A DNA stretch of 62,810 bases, the filler included, from Thermodesulfobacteriota bacterium (lineage in GTDB: Bacteria > DASVDK01), in assembly GCA_036381125.1 (NCBI GenBank). It is 4 parts of 4 records of this genome, joined end to end, with 100 filler letters (N's around TTAATTAATTAA, not from the genome) between each part and the next. Parts side by side here need not be neighbours in the genome. Positions count along the whole stretch, not along the records: positions 20,993 to 48,800 come from DASVDK010000120.1; positions 48,901 to 62,810 come from DASVDK010000121.1; 2 more parts are not named here. One strand, 5' to 3'. The notes under the pieces are model-generated. The model saw only the letters and a list, made by a program, of their open reading frames with translations, was not told where the DNA came from and made no database searches. The translations under genes and the position numbers were made by a program. Below, piece by piece: positions 46,068-57,427 of this stretch. The first letter of the stretch is position 1, and every line of letters starts with the position of its first letter.

Positions 46068-47231
46068 CTACTCCAGGGAGAGGGGCGGGACGTCGAGCCA
46101 CCGCCGCTCCCGCCACGATTGCAGCGCGCGCTCGGCGAGCTGGACCCCCTTGGCCCCCTCGAGGAGGTCCCAGGGGAACGGCTCGCCGGCAACGACGTGC
46201 CGCAGGAACCGCTCCCACTGCGCCTTGAAGGCGTTGTCGAACTCGCCGTTGTCCGGCACCTCCTGCCACCCGGCCCGGAAGTCGATCGGGTTCGGGATGT
46301 CGGGGTTCCAGACCGGCCTCGGCGTGGCGGCGCGGTGCTGGACGCGGCACTCGCGCAGGCCGGCCACCGCGCTGCCGTGCGTGCCGTCCACCTGGAAGAC
46401 GAGCAGCTCGTCGCGGTAGACCCGCGTGCACCACGAGGAGTTGATCTGGGCGACGACCGGCCCGTCGCGGCCGGCGAGCTCGAGCGTCGCGTAGGCGGCG
46501 TCGTCGGCCGTCGCCGCGTAGCGCTCGCCCCGCTCGTCCCACCGCTCGGGGATGTGGGTCGCGCCGAGGCAGGAGACGGCCCGCACCTGGCCGAAGAGGT
46601 TGTCGAGCACGTAGCGCCAGTGGGCGAGCATGTCGAGGATGATGCCGCCCCCCTCCTCCTTGCGGTAGTTCCAGGAGGGGCGCTGCGCCGGCTGCCAGTC
46701 CCCCTCGAACACCCAGTAGCCGAACTCCCCGCGCACCGAGAGGATCCGGCCGAGGAGGCCGCTGGCGATCACGCGGCGCAGCTTGAGGAGCCCCGGCAGG
46801 AAGAGCTTGTCCTGCACGACGCCGTTCTTGACCCCGGCGCGGCGCGCGAGGCGCGCCAGCTCGAGCGCCGTGTCGAGGTCCCCGGCGACCGGCTTCTCGA
46901 CGTACACGTGCTTGCCGGCGGCGACGGCGGCGCGGACGGCGTCGGCCCGGGCGCCGGTCGTCTGCGCGTCGAAGTAGACCGCGTCCTTCGGGTCGGCGAG
47001 GCAGCGCGCGAGGTCGGTGCTCCATCGCTCGATCCCGTGCGCCTCGGCGAGGGCGCGGACCCTCGCCTCGCTGCGGCCGACGAGGATCGGGTCGGGCACG
47101 ACGGCGTCGCCGCCCGGCAGCGGCACCCCGCCCTGCCGCCTGATGGCGAGAATCGACCGGACGAGGTGCTGGTTCGTCCCCATCCGGCCGGTGACGCCGT
47201 TCATGATGATGCCGACGCGGTGGACGGCCAT
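46068..47231 (-). CDS. Gfo/Idh/MocA family oxidoreductase
   Basis: IIMNGVTGRMGTNQHL, GKHVYVEKP, VQDKLFLPG, GEFGYWVFEG, QRPSWNYR, DMLAHW. Confidence 0.92.
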   Translation of the reverse strand: MAVHRVGIIMNGVTGRMGTNQHLVRSILAIRRQGGVPLPGGDAVVPDPILVGRSEARVRALAEAHGIERWSTDLARCLADPKDAVYFDAQTTGARADAVRAAVAAGKHVYVEKPVAGDLDTALELARLARRAGVKNGVVQDKLFLPGLLKLRRVIASGLLGRILSVRGEFGYWVFEGDWQPAQRPSWNYRKEEGGGIILDMLAHWRYVLDNLFGQVRAVSCLGATHIPERWDERGERYAATADDAAYATLELAGRDGPVVAQINSSWCTRVYRDELLVFQVDGTHGSAVAGLRECRVQHRAATPRPVWNPDIPNPIDFRAGWQEVPDNGEFDNAFKAQWERFLRHVVAGEPFPWDLLEGAKGVQLAERALQSWRERRWLDVPPLSLE

Positions 47232-47242
47232 GGCTTCCTCCT

Positions 47243-48730
47243 CTATCCGCGCCCGAGCGCCCGCCGCACGGCCGGCACGCGCAGGAGCACGGTCGCCGCG
47301 ATGATCGCGACGAGCACCAGGCTGATCGGTCGGGTGAAGAACGGCGTCGGGTCGCCGTCGGTGAGGACGAGCCCGCGGCGGAGGCTCTTGTCCATCATGT
47401 CGCCGAGGATGATCCCGAGGACGAGCGGCGCCATCGGGTAGTCCATCTCGCGCAGGACGAAGCCGAGGAGCCCGAAGGCGAGCATCACCCAGACGTCGAA
47501 GACGCGGCTCGCGATGGCGAACGAGCCGATCGTGCAGAGGACGAAGACGATCGGCATGAGCCGCTCGCGCGGCACCGAGAGCACCTTGATGAGGAACCTG
47601 GTCAGGGTGAGGCCGTAGACGAGGATGCCGAGGCTCGCGAAGAGCATCATCGCCACGACCTCGAACACGAACTTCGGCGACTCGACCATGATGAGCGGCC
47701 CCGGCCGCACGCCGTGGATCAGCATGGCGGCGAGGAGCACCGCCGCCGGCGCGGAGCCCGGGATGCCGAGGGTGAGGACCGGGATCACCGCGCCCGGCAC
47801 GCAGGCGTTGTCGCCCGTCTCGGCCGCCATGAGCCCCTCGACCGACCCCTTGCCGAACTTCTCCTTCTCCTTGCTGGCCCGCTTCGCCGCGGCATACGAG
47901 GCCCAGGCCGCCACGTCCTCGCCGACCCCGGGGATGATCCCCACGCCGGTGCCGATGAGGCCCGAGCGGACGATGGTCCGCCAGTAGCGGGTGACGTCCG
48001 AGAGCTTCGGCACGATCGAGTCGAGGCGGTTGGCCGTCACCCGGAACCCGGGGTTCTTCATCACGGCCAGCACCTCGGCGAAGCCGAACGCGCCGACGAG
48101 GGCCGGGATCAGGTTGATGCCGCCGGCCAGCTCCGTGAACCCGAAGCTGTAGCGCTCGTACGCCTGGATCCCCTCCTGGCCGATCATGGCGACGAGCAGG
48201 CCGATGAACCCCGAGATCCACCCCTTGAGCGGATCCGACCCGGTGAGGTTGCCCGAGATGACGACGCCGAAGACCGCGAGCCAGAAGAACTCGTAGGCGC
48301 CGAACCGCAGGGCGAAGCTCCCGAGGACCGGCGTGAAGGTGGCGAGGAAGAACATCCCGATGAGCGTGCCGAGGATCGAGCCGCTGGTGGCGATCCCCAT
48401 CGCGCGGCCGGCGAGGCCCTGCCGCGCGAGCGCGAAGCCGTCGAGCGTCGAGGCGGCCGACGCCGGCGTCCCCGGGATGTTGAGGAGGATGGCGCTCCGG
48501 CTGCCGCCGTAGATCGCGCCGACGTAGACGCAGATCAGGATGAGGATGGCGTCATCGGGCGAGAGCTTGTACGTGAGGGTCGTCATGAGGGCGACCCCCA
48601 TCGTCGCCGTGAGGCCCGGCAGGGCGCCGACGACGACGCCGAGGAGCGACGCCCAGAGGACGGTGAAGAGCTGCGACGGCGTCGCGAACCCGGCGATCGC
48701 CTGGAGGAAGAGGAGGAGCCCGTCGATCAC
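47243..48730 (-). CDS. tctA: Tripartite tricarboxylate transporter TctA
   Basis: VGALPGL, GAIYGGSRSAILLNIPG, DGFALA, AETGDNA, LTLGIPGS. Confidence 0.93.
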   Translation of the reverse strand: MIDGLLLFLQAIAGFATPSQLFTVLWASLLGVVVGALPGLTATMGVALMTTLTYKLSPDDAILILICVYVGAIYGGSRSAILLNIPGTPASAASTLDGFALARQGLAGRAMGIATSGSILGTLIGMFFLATFTPVLGSFALRFGAYEFFWLAVFGVVISGNLTGSDPLKGWISGFIGLLVAMIGQEGIQAYERYSFGFTELAGGINLIPALVGAFGFAEVLAVMKNPGFRVTANRLDSIVPKLSDVTRYWRTIVRSGLIGTGVGIIPGVGEDVAAWASYAAAKRASKEKEKFGKGSVEGLMAAETGDNACVPGAVIPVLTLGIPGSAPAAVLLAAMLIHGVRPGPLIMVESPKFVFEVVAMMLFASLGILVYGLTLTRFLIKVLSVPRERLMPIVFVLCTIGSFAIASRVFDVWVMLAFGLLGFVLREMDYPMAPLVLGIILGDMMDKSLRRGLVLTDGDPTPFFTRPISLVLVAIIAATVLLRVPAVRRALGRG

Positions 48731-48800
48731 GGCAGCCTCACGAGGAAGAGCCGCTCGAAGACGAGCGTGACGGCGACGCCCACGACGACCCCTTCGACGA
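48727..48800 (-). CDS. TctB 3' fragment (truncated by contig break)
   Basis: ...VAVTLVFERLFLVRLP* overlapping tctA start. Confidence 0.6.
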
Positions 48801-48900
48801 NNNNNNNNNNNNNNNNNNNNNNNNNNNNNNNNNNNNNNNNNNNNTTAATTAATTAANNNNNNNNNNNNNNNNNNNNNNNNNNNNNNNNNNNNNNNNNNNN
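48801..48900. other. Artificial contig-joining spacer
   Basis: N44-TTAATTAATTAA-N44. Confidence 0.98.
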
Positions 48901-49005
48901 CTGATCGAGGACCTGAAGCGCGACGGCCTGCCTCCCCTGCCGGACCATTACCCGTACGACGAGCTGGACGTCGGCCTGGTGCTGAACGCTGCCAGCGCGC
49001 GCTAG
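48901..49005 (+). CDS. 3' end of an unidentified gene (truncated at contig start)
   Basis: LIEDLKRDGLPPLPDHYPYDELDVGLVLNAASAR* with coding-like GC3 pattern. Confidence 0.4.
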   Translation: MIEDLKRDGLPPLPDHYPYDELDVGLVLNAASAR

Positions 49006-49195
49006 CGACACCGCTGCGCCGCGACCCGGATGCCGCCGCGCCCCGTGCCGGCCGGGGCCGCCCGCCTCGCGGGGGCCGCGGTGCGGCTCGCAGCCTGCAG
49101 CCCCGGGGCGGCTCCGTCTCCGGTCGTGACCCCACCCGCCCGCGCCGGCATCGCCCCGCACGCTCCGCCGCCTGCGGAGAGAACGGCACGAAGCG

Positions 49196-49831
49196 ATGCG
49201 TCTGCTCAGCGACGAGTTCGTGCCGGTGCCGCAGACCGAGAAGCAGCGGCGCGTCGAGGCGCGCCTCGAGGACCTCGGCGGCCGGTTGGCGCGGCACCAG
49301 GGGCTCACGCGGCGCCGCTTCCTCGGGACCGCCTCCGGCATGGCGGCCGCCTTCGTCGCCTCGGGCTACCGGTTCGCGGGAGGCGGCCGGGTCGAGGACG
49401 CGTGGGCGCAGTTCGAGCGGACCGGCCGCATCGAGTGGGTGACCGACCTCGGCCAGATCTCCGCGCAGACGACGGTGGCCGACCCGCGCGTCTGCGCGGC
49501 GATGCTGGGGCAGCTCGTCCGCGGGCTCGGGGCGGATCGCATCATCTGGGGCACGGACGCGGTCTGGACCGGGTCGCCCCAGTGGCAGATCGAGGCGCTC
49601 AGGCGGCTCGAGATCCCGGGGGACATGCGGAAGCGGTACGGCTTCGCGCCGCTCGGCGCCGCCGACGGGCCGGTCAAGCGCGCCATCTTCGGGGAGAACG
49701 GCGCGCGCCTCTACAGGTACCGGCGGCGCGCCGACCTCGAGACCGACCGGGTGACGGCGATGAAGAAGGCGTACGAGGAGCAGGGCCCGGCGCGCAGCAA
49801 CCTGCGCTACGGCTACGTGGTGCGCGGCTGA
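49196..49831 (+). pseudogene. Amidohydrolase (amidohydro_2-like) relic lacking its central region
   Basis: N-terminal SDEFVPVPQT...TRRRFLGTASGMAAAF joined directly to C-terminal GLGADRIIWGTDAVWTGSPQWQIEALRRLEIP...IFGENGARLY; no HxH metal motif; only 211 codons. Confidence 0.65.
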
Positions 49832-49853
49832 CCCCCTGGTCCGCGGGCGAGCC

Positions 49854-51623
<1,770 letters not shown>

Positions 51624-51722
51624 CCGTAGACGTATAGCGCGACGGCCGGGTCGCATGCGGCCCGGCCGTCGCGGCAACCCGCGGCTCGGTCGGAGGGCGT
51701 GGAGGCGATCGCCGCGCGGTTG

Positions 51723-52823
51723 CTACGCGGCGCTCACCTCGCGGGCGGTGATCCGGTACCTGAACGTCTCGGGCGCGAGGCTGTCCTTGCGGCCGCCGGC
51801 CGTCTCGGCCTGCGGGTACATGAGGAAGCCGATCGGCTCGCCGCTCGAGTTCGGCAGCGTCAGGTCGTGCGCGTAGTTGTAGCCGAGCCAGTTCATCTCC
51901 CACGCGCCGAAGAGCTTCTCGCGCGCCCGCTTGACGAGCGGGTCGTCGAGCGTGCGCCCCGTGGGCGGCTCCTCGAGGACGACCTTGCGCACGTCGGCCG
52001 GGTCCACCGGCACCCAGCCGTGGCTCTCGACGTAGAACTCGGCGCGGCAGTGCTGCGCCTTGCTGATGTCGCCGCTCTTGCCGAGGCTCTTGAACTCCTT
52101 CGAGTCGGCCGTGCGCACGCCGTAGACGTCCCGGGCCGGGATGCCGGCCGCGCGGGCGAGGCCGACGAAGAGCGCGTTCAGGTCCGCGCACTTGCCGCCG
52201 AGGTTGCCCATCTCGAGCATCGCCTTCACGTTGCCGATCCCGCAGCCGCGCACCTTCGGGTCGCGGAAGGTGTTCTCGACGATCCACTCGTAGATGGCCT
52301 GCGCCTTGGCCACCTCCGTGCGGTGCCCCTTCGTGATCGTCCGCGAGGTCTCGAGGACCAGCCCGTCGGTCGGGATGAGCCTGGTCGGCTCGAGGTAGCG
52401 CGCGAGGGCGGACCGGCTCTCCCGCACGGCGTGCGGCGCCGGCTTCGAGAGGTCGACCGCCCGGTCGCGCGTCGCGAAGCGGCTCACGACCTCGATGACC
52501 GGCGCCGTCTCGCCCGCCGGCCACTCCGCGTAGAGCATGCCGGCGTCGTACTTCTCGTCGCGATAGACGCGCGCGGCGGCCATGTTGCCCGTCCAGGTGT
52601 CGTCGCCGATCCGCCGCTGGTAGTCGGTGTCGCGCATGAGCGGCAACGGCACCCACACCTTCGTCACGCCGTTGGGCGCGGCGACCTCGACCCGCGTCGT
52701 CACCTCGAACGTCCGCCACCCCGGGGCCGCCGTGGCCTCCGCCACGCGGCCGGACCTCGACAGCCCGGCCGCAAGCGCTGCCGCCGAAGCCCCGATCGCC
52801 TTCAGGAAGACTCTTCGATGCAT
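51723..52823 (-). CDS. Tat-exported transglutaminase-like protein
   Basis: MHRRVFLK Tat signal; GGKCADLNALFVGLARAAGIPARDVYG, QHCRAEFY, WVPVDPAD (Cys-His-Asp triad). Confidence 0.9.
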   Translation of the reverse strand: MHRRVFLKAIGASAAALAAGLSRSGRVAEATAAPGWRTFEVTTRVEVAAPNGVTKVWVPLPLMRDTDYQRRIGDDTWTGNMAAARVYRDEKYDAGMLYAEWPAGETAPVIEVVSRFATRDRAVDLSKPAPHAVRESRSALARYLEPTRLIPTDGLVLETSRTITKGHRTEVAKAQAIYEWIVENTFRDPKVRGCGIGNVKAMLEMGNLGGKCADLNALFVGLARAAGIPARDVYGVRTADSKEFKSLGKSGDISKAQHCRAEFYVESHGWVPVDPADVRKVVLEEPPTGRTLDDPLVKRAREKLFGAWEMNWLGYNYAHDLTLPNSSGEPIGFLMYPQAETAGGRKDSLAPETFRYRITAREVSAA

Positions 52824-53004
52824 TGCGTCGACCTCCGGATGGGCGTCGCCATCGAGCCGCATCCGCGTTCATGATATCGGGGTCACATGGCGGAGCAAAT
52901 CGAAACGGCCAATCGACGCACCGGCCGCGCATCAGCGGCGCCGATACACGGTGTCGGGATCGCGGCGTCGGCCGGCGTGCGGCCGCCCGGCCTCGCGGCG
53001 GCCG

Positions 53005-53673
53005 TCAGGCCGGCGCCCGCTTCCGGGCGATCGTGAGGCCGTCGCCGACGGTGAGGAGCACCGCGTCGACGCGCGCGTCGTCGCGGATCTTGAGGTTGAG
53101 GGCGCGGATGGCGGCGGTGTCCGCGTCCTGATCGGCCGGGTCGGCCACGGCCCCGGACCAGAGGACGTTGTCGACGAGCACGAGGCCGCCCGGCCGCAGG
53201 AGCGCGAGGCAGGCCTCGTAGTAGGCGTCGTATCCGGTCTTGTCGGCGTCGATGAAGGCGAAGTCGTACGTGCCGGCCTCGCCGCTGCGCAGCATCGCCT
53301 CGAGCGTGGCCCGGGCCGGGCCGAGGCGCAGGTCGATCCGATCGGCCACGCCCGCCTCGGTCCAGTAGCGCCGGGCGATGCGCGTCCACGTCTCGCTCAC
53401 GTCGCAGCAGACGAGCCGTCCGTCCGGGGGCAGGGCGGAGGCGACGGCGAGCGCGCTCATACCGGTGAACGTGCCGACCTCGAGGGCCCGGCGCGCGCCG
53501 ACGAGGCGGGCGAGGAGGCCGAGCAGGGCGGCCTGGTCCGGCCCGATCTGCATGCCGGCCTCGGGGAGGGCGGAGGTCTCCGCGCGCAGGCGGCGCGCGA
53601 CCTCGGGCTCGCGGGTGATCGTCTCGTTCACGTAGCGGTCGACCGGTTCCGGGAGGAGGGAGCGCGGCGGCAT
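53005..53673 (-). CDS. Class I SAM O-methyltransferase (COMT/CCoAOMT-like)
   Basis: LEVGTFTGMS, YDFAFIDADK, LRPGG.VLVDNVLWSG, GDGL. Confidence 0.93.
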   Translation of the reverse strand: MPPRSLLPEPVDRYVNETITREPEVARRLRAETSALPEAGMQIGPDQAALLGLLARLVGARRALEVGTFTGMSALAVASALPPDGRLVCCDVSETWTRIARRYWTEAGVADRIDLRLGPARATLEAMLRSGEAGTYDFAFIDADKTGYDAYYEACLALLRPGGLVLVDNVLWSGAVADPADQDADTAAIRALNLKIRDDARVDAVLLTVGDGLTIARKRAPA

Positions 53674-53742
53674 GGGTCACAGCGTATCGCCGGCCGCTCG
53701 CGGTTGTCGATCGGCCGCCGGCGCGTTAGCGTGTCCTCCGCC

Positions 53743-54411
53743 GTGGAGTTCATCTTCATGCTCACCCGGGACGACCGGACGATCCCGAACAGCCTGGCGG
53801 TGTACGACGCCGTCCGCGACCTGGGCCTGCCGTGCGTCGGCTTCAAGGACGTCGGCGCCGACCGGGCGCTCGTGTCGGCGCTCGTGCGCCGCATCAAGGC
53901 CGACGGCGCGCTGAGCCACGTGGAGCTGGTCGATCCCGATCCGGAGCGTGCGTTCGCGGCGGCGTGCGAGGCGATCGAGGCGGGCGTGGACCGGCTCATG
54001 GGGGGCGTCGACGCCGAGCGGATCCTCGGCGTGGCGCAGGCGGCCGGCGTCCCGTATCACCCGTTCCCGGGCCGCCCCGTCGGCCACCCCACGCGGCTCG
54101 CCGGCACGGCCGAGGAGATCGCGGCCGACTGCCGGCGCTTCGCCGCCGCCGGCTGCGCCGGCGTGGACCTCCTGGCCTATCGCGCGCTCGATGCCGATCC
54201 GATCGCCCTCGTTCTCGCGGCGCGCGCGGCCACGCCCGGTCGGCTGATCGTCGCCGGCAGCGTCAACACCCCCGAACGGATCTGCGCCGTGCGGGCGGCG
54301 GGCGCCGACGCCTTCACGGTCGGCTCGGCGGCCGTCGGCGACGATCCGGCCGCCGGCATCGCCGCGCTCCGGGCGCGTCTGTCGGCCCTCGTCGCGGCCG
54401 CCGCGGCGTGA
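53743..54411 (+). CDS. Uncharacterised probable TIM-barrel protein
   Basis: EFIFMLTRDDRT, GFKDVG, GVDRLMGG, PFPG, GVDLLAYR, IVAGSV, GADAFTVGSA (phosphate-binding barrel-like C-terminus); start uncertain (53731 or 53743). Confidence 0.65.
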   Translation: MEFIFMLTRDDRTIPNSLAVYDAVRDLGLPCVGFKDVGADRALVSALVRRIKADGALSHVELVDPDPERAFAAACEAIEAGVDRLMGGVDAERILGVAQAAGVPYHPFPGRPVGHPTRLAGTAEEIAADCRRFAAAGCAGVDLLAYRALDADPIALVLAARAATPGRLIVAGSVNTPERICAVRAAGADAFTVGSAAVGDDPAAGIAALRARLSALVAAAAA

Positions 54412-54464
54412 CGCGCGGCGGCCGGACGCGCTCGCCGAGGCGGCCGATGCGGCCCGACCCCACG

Positions 54465-55274
54465 ATGCCCCGCCCGCTCGCGGAGTTCCCCCGAGAGGCG
54501 CGCGCCGGCGTGCGCGCGGTGCTCTGCGACATCGACGACACGCTCACCGAGGACGGCCGGCTCCCCGCGGCCGCCTACGCCGCGCTCGAGCGGCTCGCCG
54601 AGGCCGGCCTGCGCGTCGTGCCGATCACCGGCCGGCCGGCGGGATGGTGCGACATGATCGCCCGCTTCTGGCCGGTGGACGGCGTCGTCGGCGAGAACGG
54701 CGCGCTCTACTTCCGCTACGACACGGCGGCGCGCGCCATGGTGCGCCGCTACTGGAAGAGCGAGGCCGAGCGGGCGGAGGACCGCCGCCGGCTCGCCGCG
54801 ATCGAGGCGCGCGTCCTCGCCGAGGTGCCGGGCGCGCGCGTGGCGGCCGACCAGGCCTACCGGGTGGCGGACCTCGCCATCGACTTCAGGGAGGACGTCG
54901 AGCCGCTGCCGCGCGAGGCGGTCGACCGCATCGTCGCCATCTTCGAGGCGGCCGGCGCCACCGCCAAGGTCAGCTCCATCCACGTGAACGGCTGGTTCGG
55001 CGCCTACGACAAGCTCTCGATGACGCGGCGGTTCTTCTCGGAGGCGTTCGGCTGGGACCTCGACGCGTCGCGCGAGGCGGTGGTCTTCGTCGGCGACTCA
55101 CCGAACGACGAGCCGATGTTCCGCTTCTTCCCCGATGCGGTCGGCGTCGCCAACGTGGCCGACTTCGCCGGGCGCCTGTCGGCCTGGCCGCGCTGGATCA
55201 CCCGCGCCCGCGGCGGCCACGGCTTCGCCGAGCTGGCCGACGCCCTCCTCGAGGCGCGTCGGGTCGGGTCGTGA
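54465..55274 (+). CDS. HAD-superfamily hydrolase, subfamily IIB
   Basis: DIDDTLT, ITGRPAGW, ENG, SSIHVN, DKL, VGDSPND. Confidence 0.9.
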   Translation: MPRPLAEFPREARAGVRAVLCDIDDTLTEDGRLPAAAYAALERLAEAGLRVVPITGRPAGWCDMIARFWPVDGVVGENGALYFRYDTAARAMVRRYWKSEAERAEDRRRLAAIEARVLAEVPGARVAADQAYRVADLAIDFREDVEPLPREAVDRIVAIFEAAGATAKVSSIHVNGWFGAYDKLSMTRRFFSEAFGWDLDASREAVVFVGDSPNDEPMFRFFPDAVGVANVADFAGRLSAWPRWITRARGGHGFAELADALLEARRVGS

Positions 55275-55319
55275 CCGCGTAGGGGCGCGACCCGACCCCG
55301 AGCCGGCGGCCGGCTCGCC

Positions 55320-55363
55320 TTGCGGTCGACTCCAGATTCGTATAGACTGCTCCATATCTGGAG
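55320..55363 (+). promoter_or_regulatory. Promoter and inverted-repeat operator of the Xre-RES TA operon
   Basis: TTGCGG (55320-55325), 17 nt, TAGACT (55343-55348); IR CTCCAGAT (55330-55337)/ATCTGGAG (55356-55363) straddles the -10. Confidence 0.55.
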
Positions 55364-55368
55364 GTCCC

Positions 55369-55821
55369 GTGCCGCGACGACGACCAGCCGCTCGGGCCGC
55401 GATGCCCGATACCGTTACCGTCCCTGCCGACCTCCGGCCGGACCCCGAGGTCCGCCGCCGGAAGTCCGGTCCCGCGCTCCGGACGTTCTTCAACATCGCG
55501 GAGCGCTGGCAGCTCAGCACCCGGGAGGCGCAGGCGCTCCTCGGGTGGCCGGCCGCCTCGACCTTCCACAAGTACAAGAAGGGCGACCACGGGACGCTCG
55601 CCTACGACACGCTGATCCGCATCTCGCTCGTCATCGGCATCTACAAGGCGCTCCACATCCTCTACCCCGAGGCGGCGTTCGCCGACCGGTGGCTCCGCAT
55701 GCCCAACAGCCACCCCCTCTTCGGCGGGCGGCCGGCGCTCGACCTGATGGTGGAGGGGGGGATCGACGGCCTCTACCGGGTGCGGCGGCTGCTCGACGGC
55801 CGCCGGGGGGCGTGGGGGTGA
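55369..55821 (+). CDS. Xre/MbcA/ParS-type antitoxin
   Basis: GGAGG then GTG 55369 (alt. ATG 55402); ALRTFFNIAERWQL..EAQALLG, RISLVIGIYKALHIL, WLRMPN..PLFGGRPALDLM, VRRLLD. Confidence 0.88.
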   Translation: MPRRRPAARAAMPDTVTVPADLRPDPEVRRRKSGPALRTFFNIAERWQLSTREAQALLGWPAASTFHKYKKGDHGTLAYDTLIRISLVIGIYKALHILYPEAAFADRWLRMPNSHPLFGGRPALDLMVEGGIDGLYRVRRLLDGRRGAWG

Positions 55822-56561
55822 TCGCGGCGCCGGTCACGCACGTGCGGGTCGGCGAGACGCACCGCCTGGTGCCGAGCCGCTATCCGTCCGTCGGCATCCT
55901 CGACGAGGTCGCCTCGCCGGAGGACCTGGACGAGATCATCGACCTCGAGGGGTGGACGAACGACCGGCTGACGATGGAACTCGGCGTGATCCGCACCGTC
56001 CCGCCCGCGGAGTGGGTCGTCGGCCGGCCTTTCGCGTCGGTCGTCATGGCCGCGTTCTGCCATCCCCGCGTCGGCGGGAGCCGCTTCACCGGCGAGGGGC
56101 GCGGCGCCTGGTACGCCGCCTTCGCGCTCGAGACGGCGCTGGCCGAGACGATCTACCACCGCACGCAGGAGCTGCGGGAGGTGGGCGCGTTCGACACCTA
56201 CGTGCAGATGCGGCAGTACCTGGCCGCCTTCGACGCGCCGTTCCACGACGTCCGGGGCGACGACCCGGCGTTCGCGCCGCTCCACGACCCGGTGAGCTAC
56301 GCCGTGTCGCAGGAGTTCGGACGGCGCCTCTTCGAGGCCGGCTCGAACGGCGTCCTCTACCGGAGCGTCCGGCACCCGGGCGGCGAGTGCCTTGCCTGCT
56401 TCCGGCCGCCGCTCGTCCTCGACGTGCGCCAGGGGGCGCACTTCGAGTACCGCTGGGAAGGCCGGCCCGAGCCGGCGGTGCGCCGCATCGACGACCCCTC
56501 CGTCCCCTCCGACCGCGCCGCCGCCATCTCGCCCATCTCACCAGTCCGATCCGGGTCTTAG
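55818..56561 (+). CDS. RES-domain toxin (NAD+ phosphorylase/mART type)
   Basis: GTGA overlap with antitoxin; HRLVPSRYP, GSRF, GAWYAA, AETIYH, SQEFG, GVLYRSVR. Confidence 0.9.
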   Translation: MIAAPVTHVRVGETHRLVPSRYPSVGILDEVASPEDLDEIIDLEGWTNDRLTMELGVIRTVPPAEWVVGRPFASVVMAAFCHPRVGGSRFTGEGRGAWYAAFALETALAETIYHRTQELREVGAFDTYVQMRQYLAAFDAPFHDVRGDDPAFAPLHDPVSYAVSQEFGRRLFEAGSNGVLYRSVRHPGGECLACFRPPLVLDVRQGAHFEYRWEGRPEPAVRRIDDPSVPSDRAAAISPISPVRSGS

Positions 56562-56569
56562 GGCCGGAC

Positions 56570-56587
56570 ATGTGACATCTGTCACAT
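56570..56587. promoter_or_regulatory. CRP-family box TGTGA-N6-TCACA
   Basis: ATGTGACA-TC-TGTCACAT, exact CRP consensus, 100 nt upstream of lipoprotein ATG. Confidence 0.7.
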
Positions 56588-56686
56588 TTTCTGTTGCCTG
56601 GCGCTTCCCTGTTGGGTAACCTGACCCGTAGGCGCCTGACCCCTTCGAGCAATCGGATCAGGCGGCATCGTGGATCGGGGGAGAGG

Positions 56687-57334
56687 ATGCGCAAGTATTT
56701 TCACCTGGCGGCCGCTCTGGCTGCTAGCATGGGCTTGTCGGCATGCGCCGGCAGCGACAACGGCGTCTGGAGCGGAGCCTCGGGCGCCAACGACGCGGAA
56801 CCGGCGCCGGCGGTGGTGCAGGGCGTCTGGTCGATCCCCACGGCGAGCGGCGTCGAGGGGGCGACCTGCGATCTCCCTTCGACGATCGTTCCCGCGGAGA
56901 CGCGGCTGCACGCCTTCGCCTCCTGCCTGGGCGGCGAGCCGGTCCTGCTGGGTGACCCCGAGACCGACCTGCCGACGCCCGTTCTCGGGCTCCCTGTCAC
57001 GCAGAGCGGCGACGGGAAGCGCTATGTCGTCGGGCCGGTCTTCTACTTGTGCGGCCCGTCCATGTTCGGCTACGTGTCGGGAGAGGGCGAGGTGAGCGGC
57101 GAGACGATCCGAGGACACCTCGACATCGTCGACACAGACGACCTCAACGATCCCGACAGCAGCACGCGCGAGGAGCGGCACTACATCCAGGGGCGTGTCG
57201 AGAACGGCCAGCTCCTCCTGGAGGAATATCAGATCGAGGTGAAGGAGCCGATCGGCGAGGAGCCGGCCGTGTGCACTCTCACGCCGCCCCTGGCGTTCGA
57301 GCCGATCGACCTCGACGAGGCGCCGGCCCTCTGA
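56687..57334 (+). CDS. Hypothetical lipoprotein
   Basis: GGAGAGG RBS; MRKYFHLAAALAASMGLSA|C lipobox; acidic, four further Cys. Confidence 0.7.
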   Translation: MRKYFHLAAALAASMGLSACAGSDNGVWSGASGANDAEPAPAVVQGVWSIPTASGVEGATCDLPSTIVPAETRLHAFASCLGGEPVLLGDPETDLPTPVLGLPVTQSGDGKRYVVGPVFYLCGPSMFGYVSGEGEVSGETIRGHLDIVDTDDLNDPDSSTREERHYIQGRVENGQLLLEEYQIEVKEPIGEEPAVCTLTPPLAFEPIDLDEAPAL

Positions 57335-57427
57335 CGCGGGCGTCCGGGTAGGCGGCGCGAGCACCGGTTACGAGAGCATCACCCGGCGGTCTCCCACGGC
57401 CGGCCGGAATCTGGGGAGGGGGAAGTC

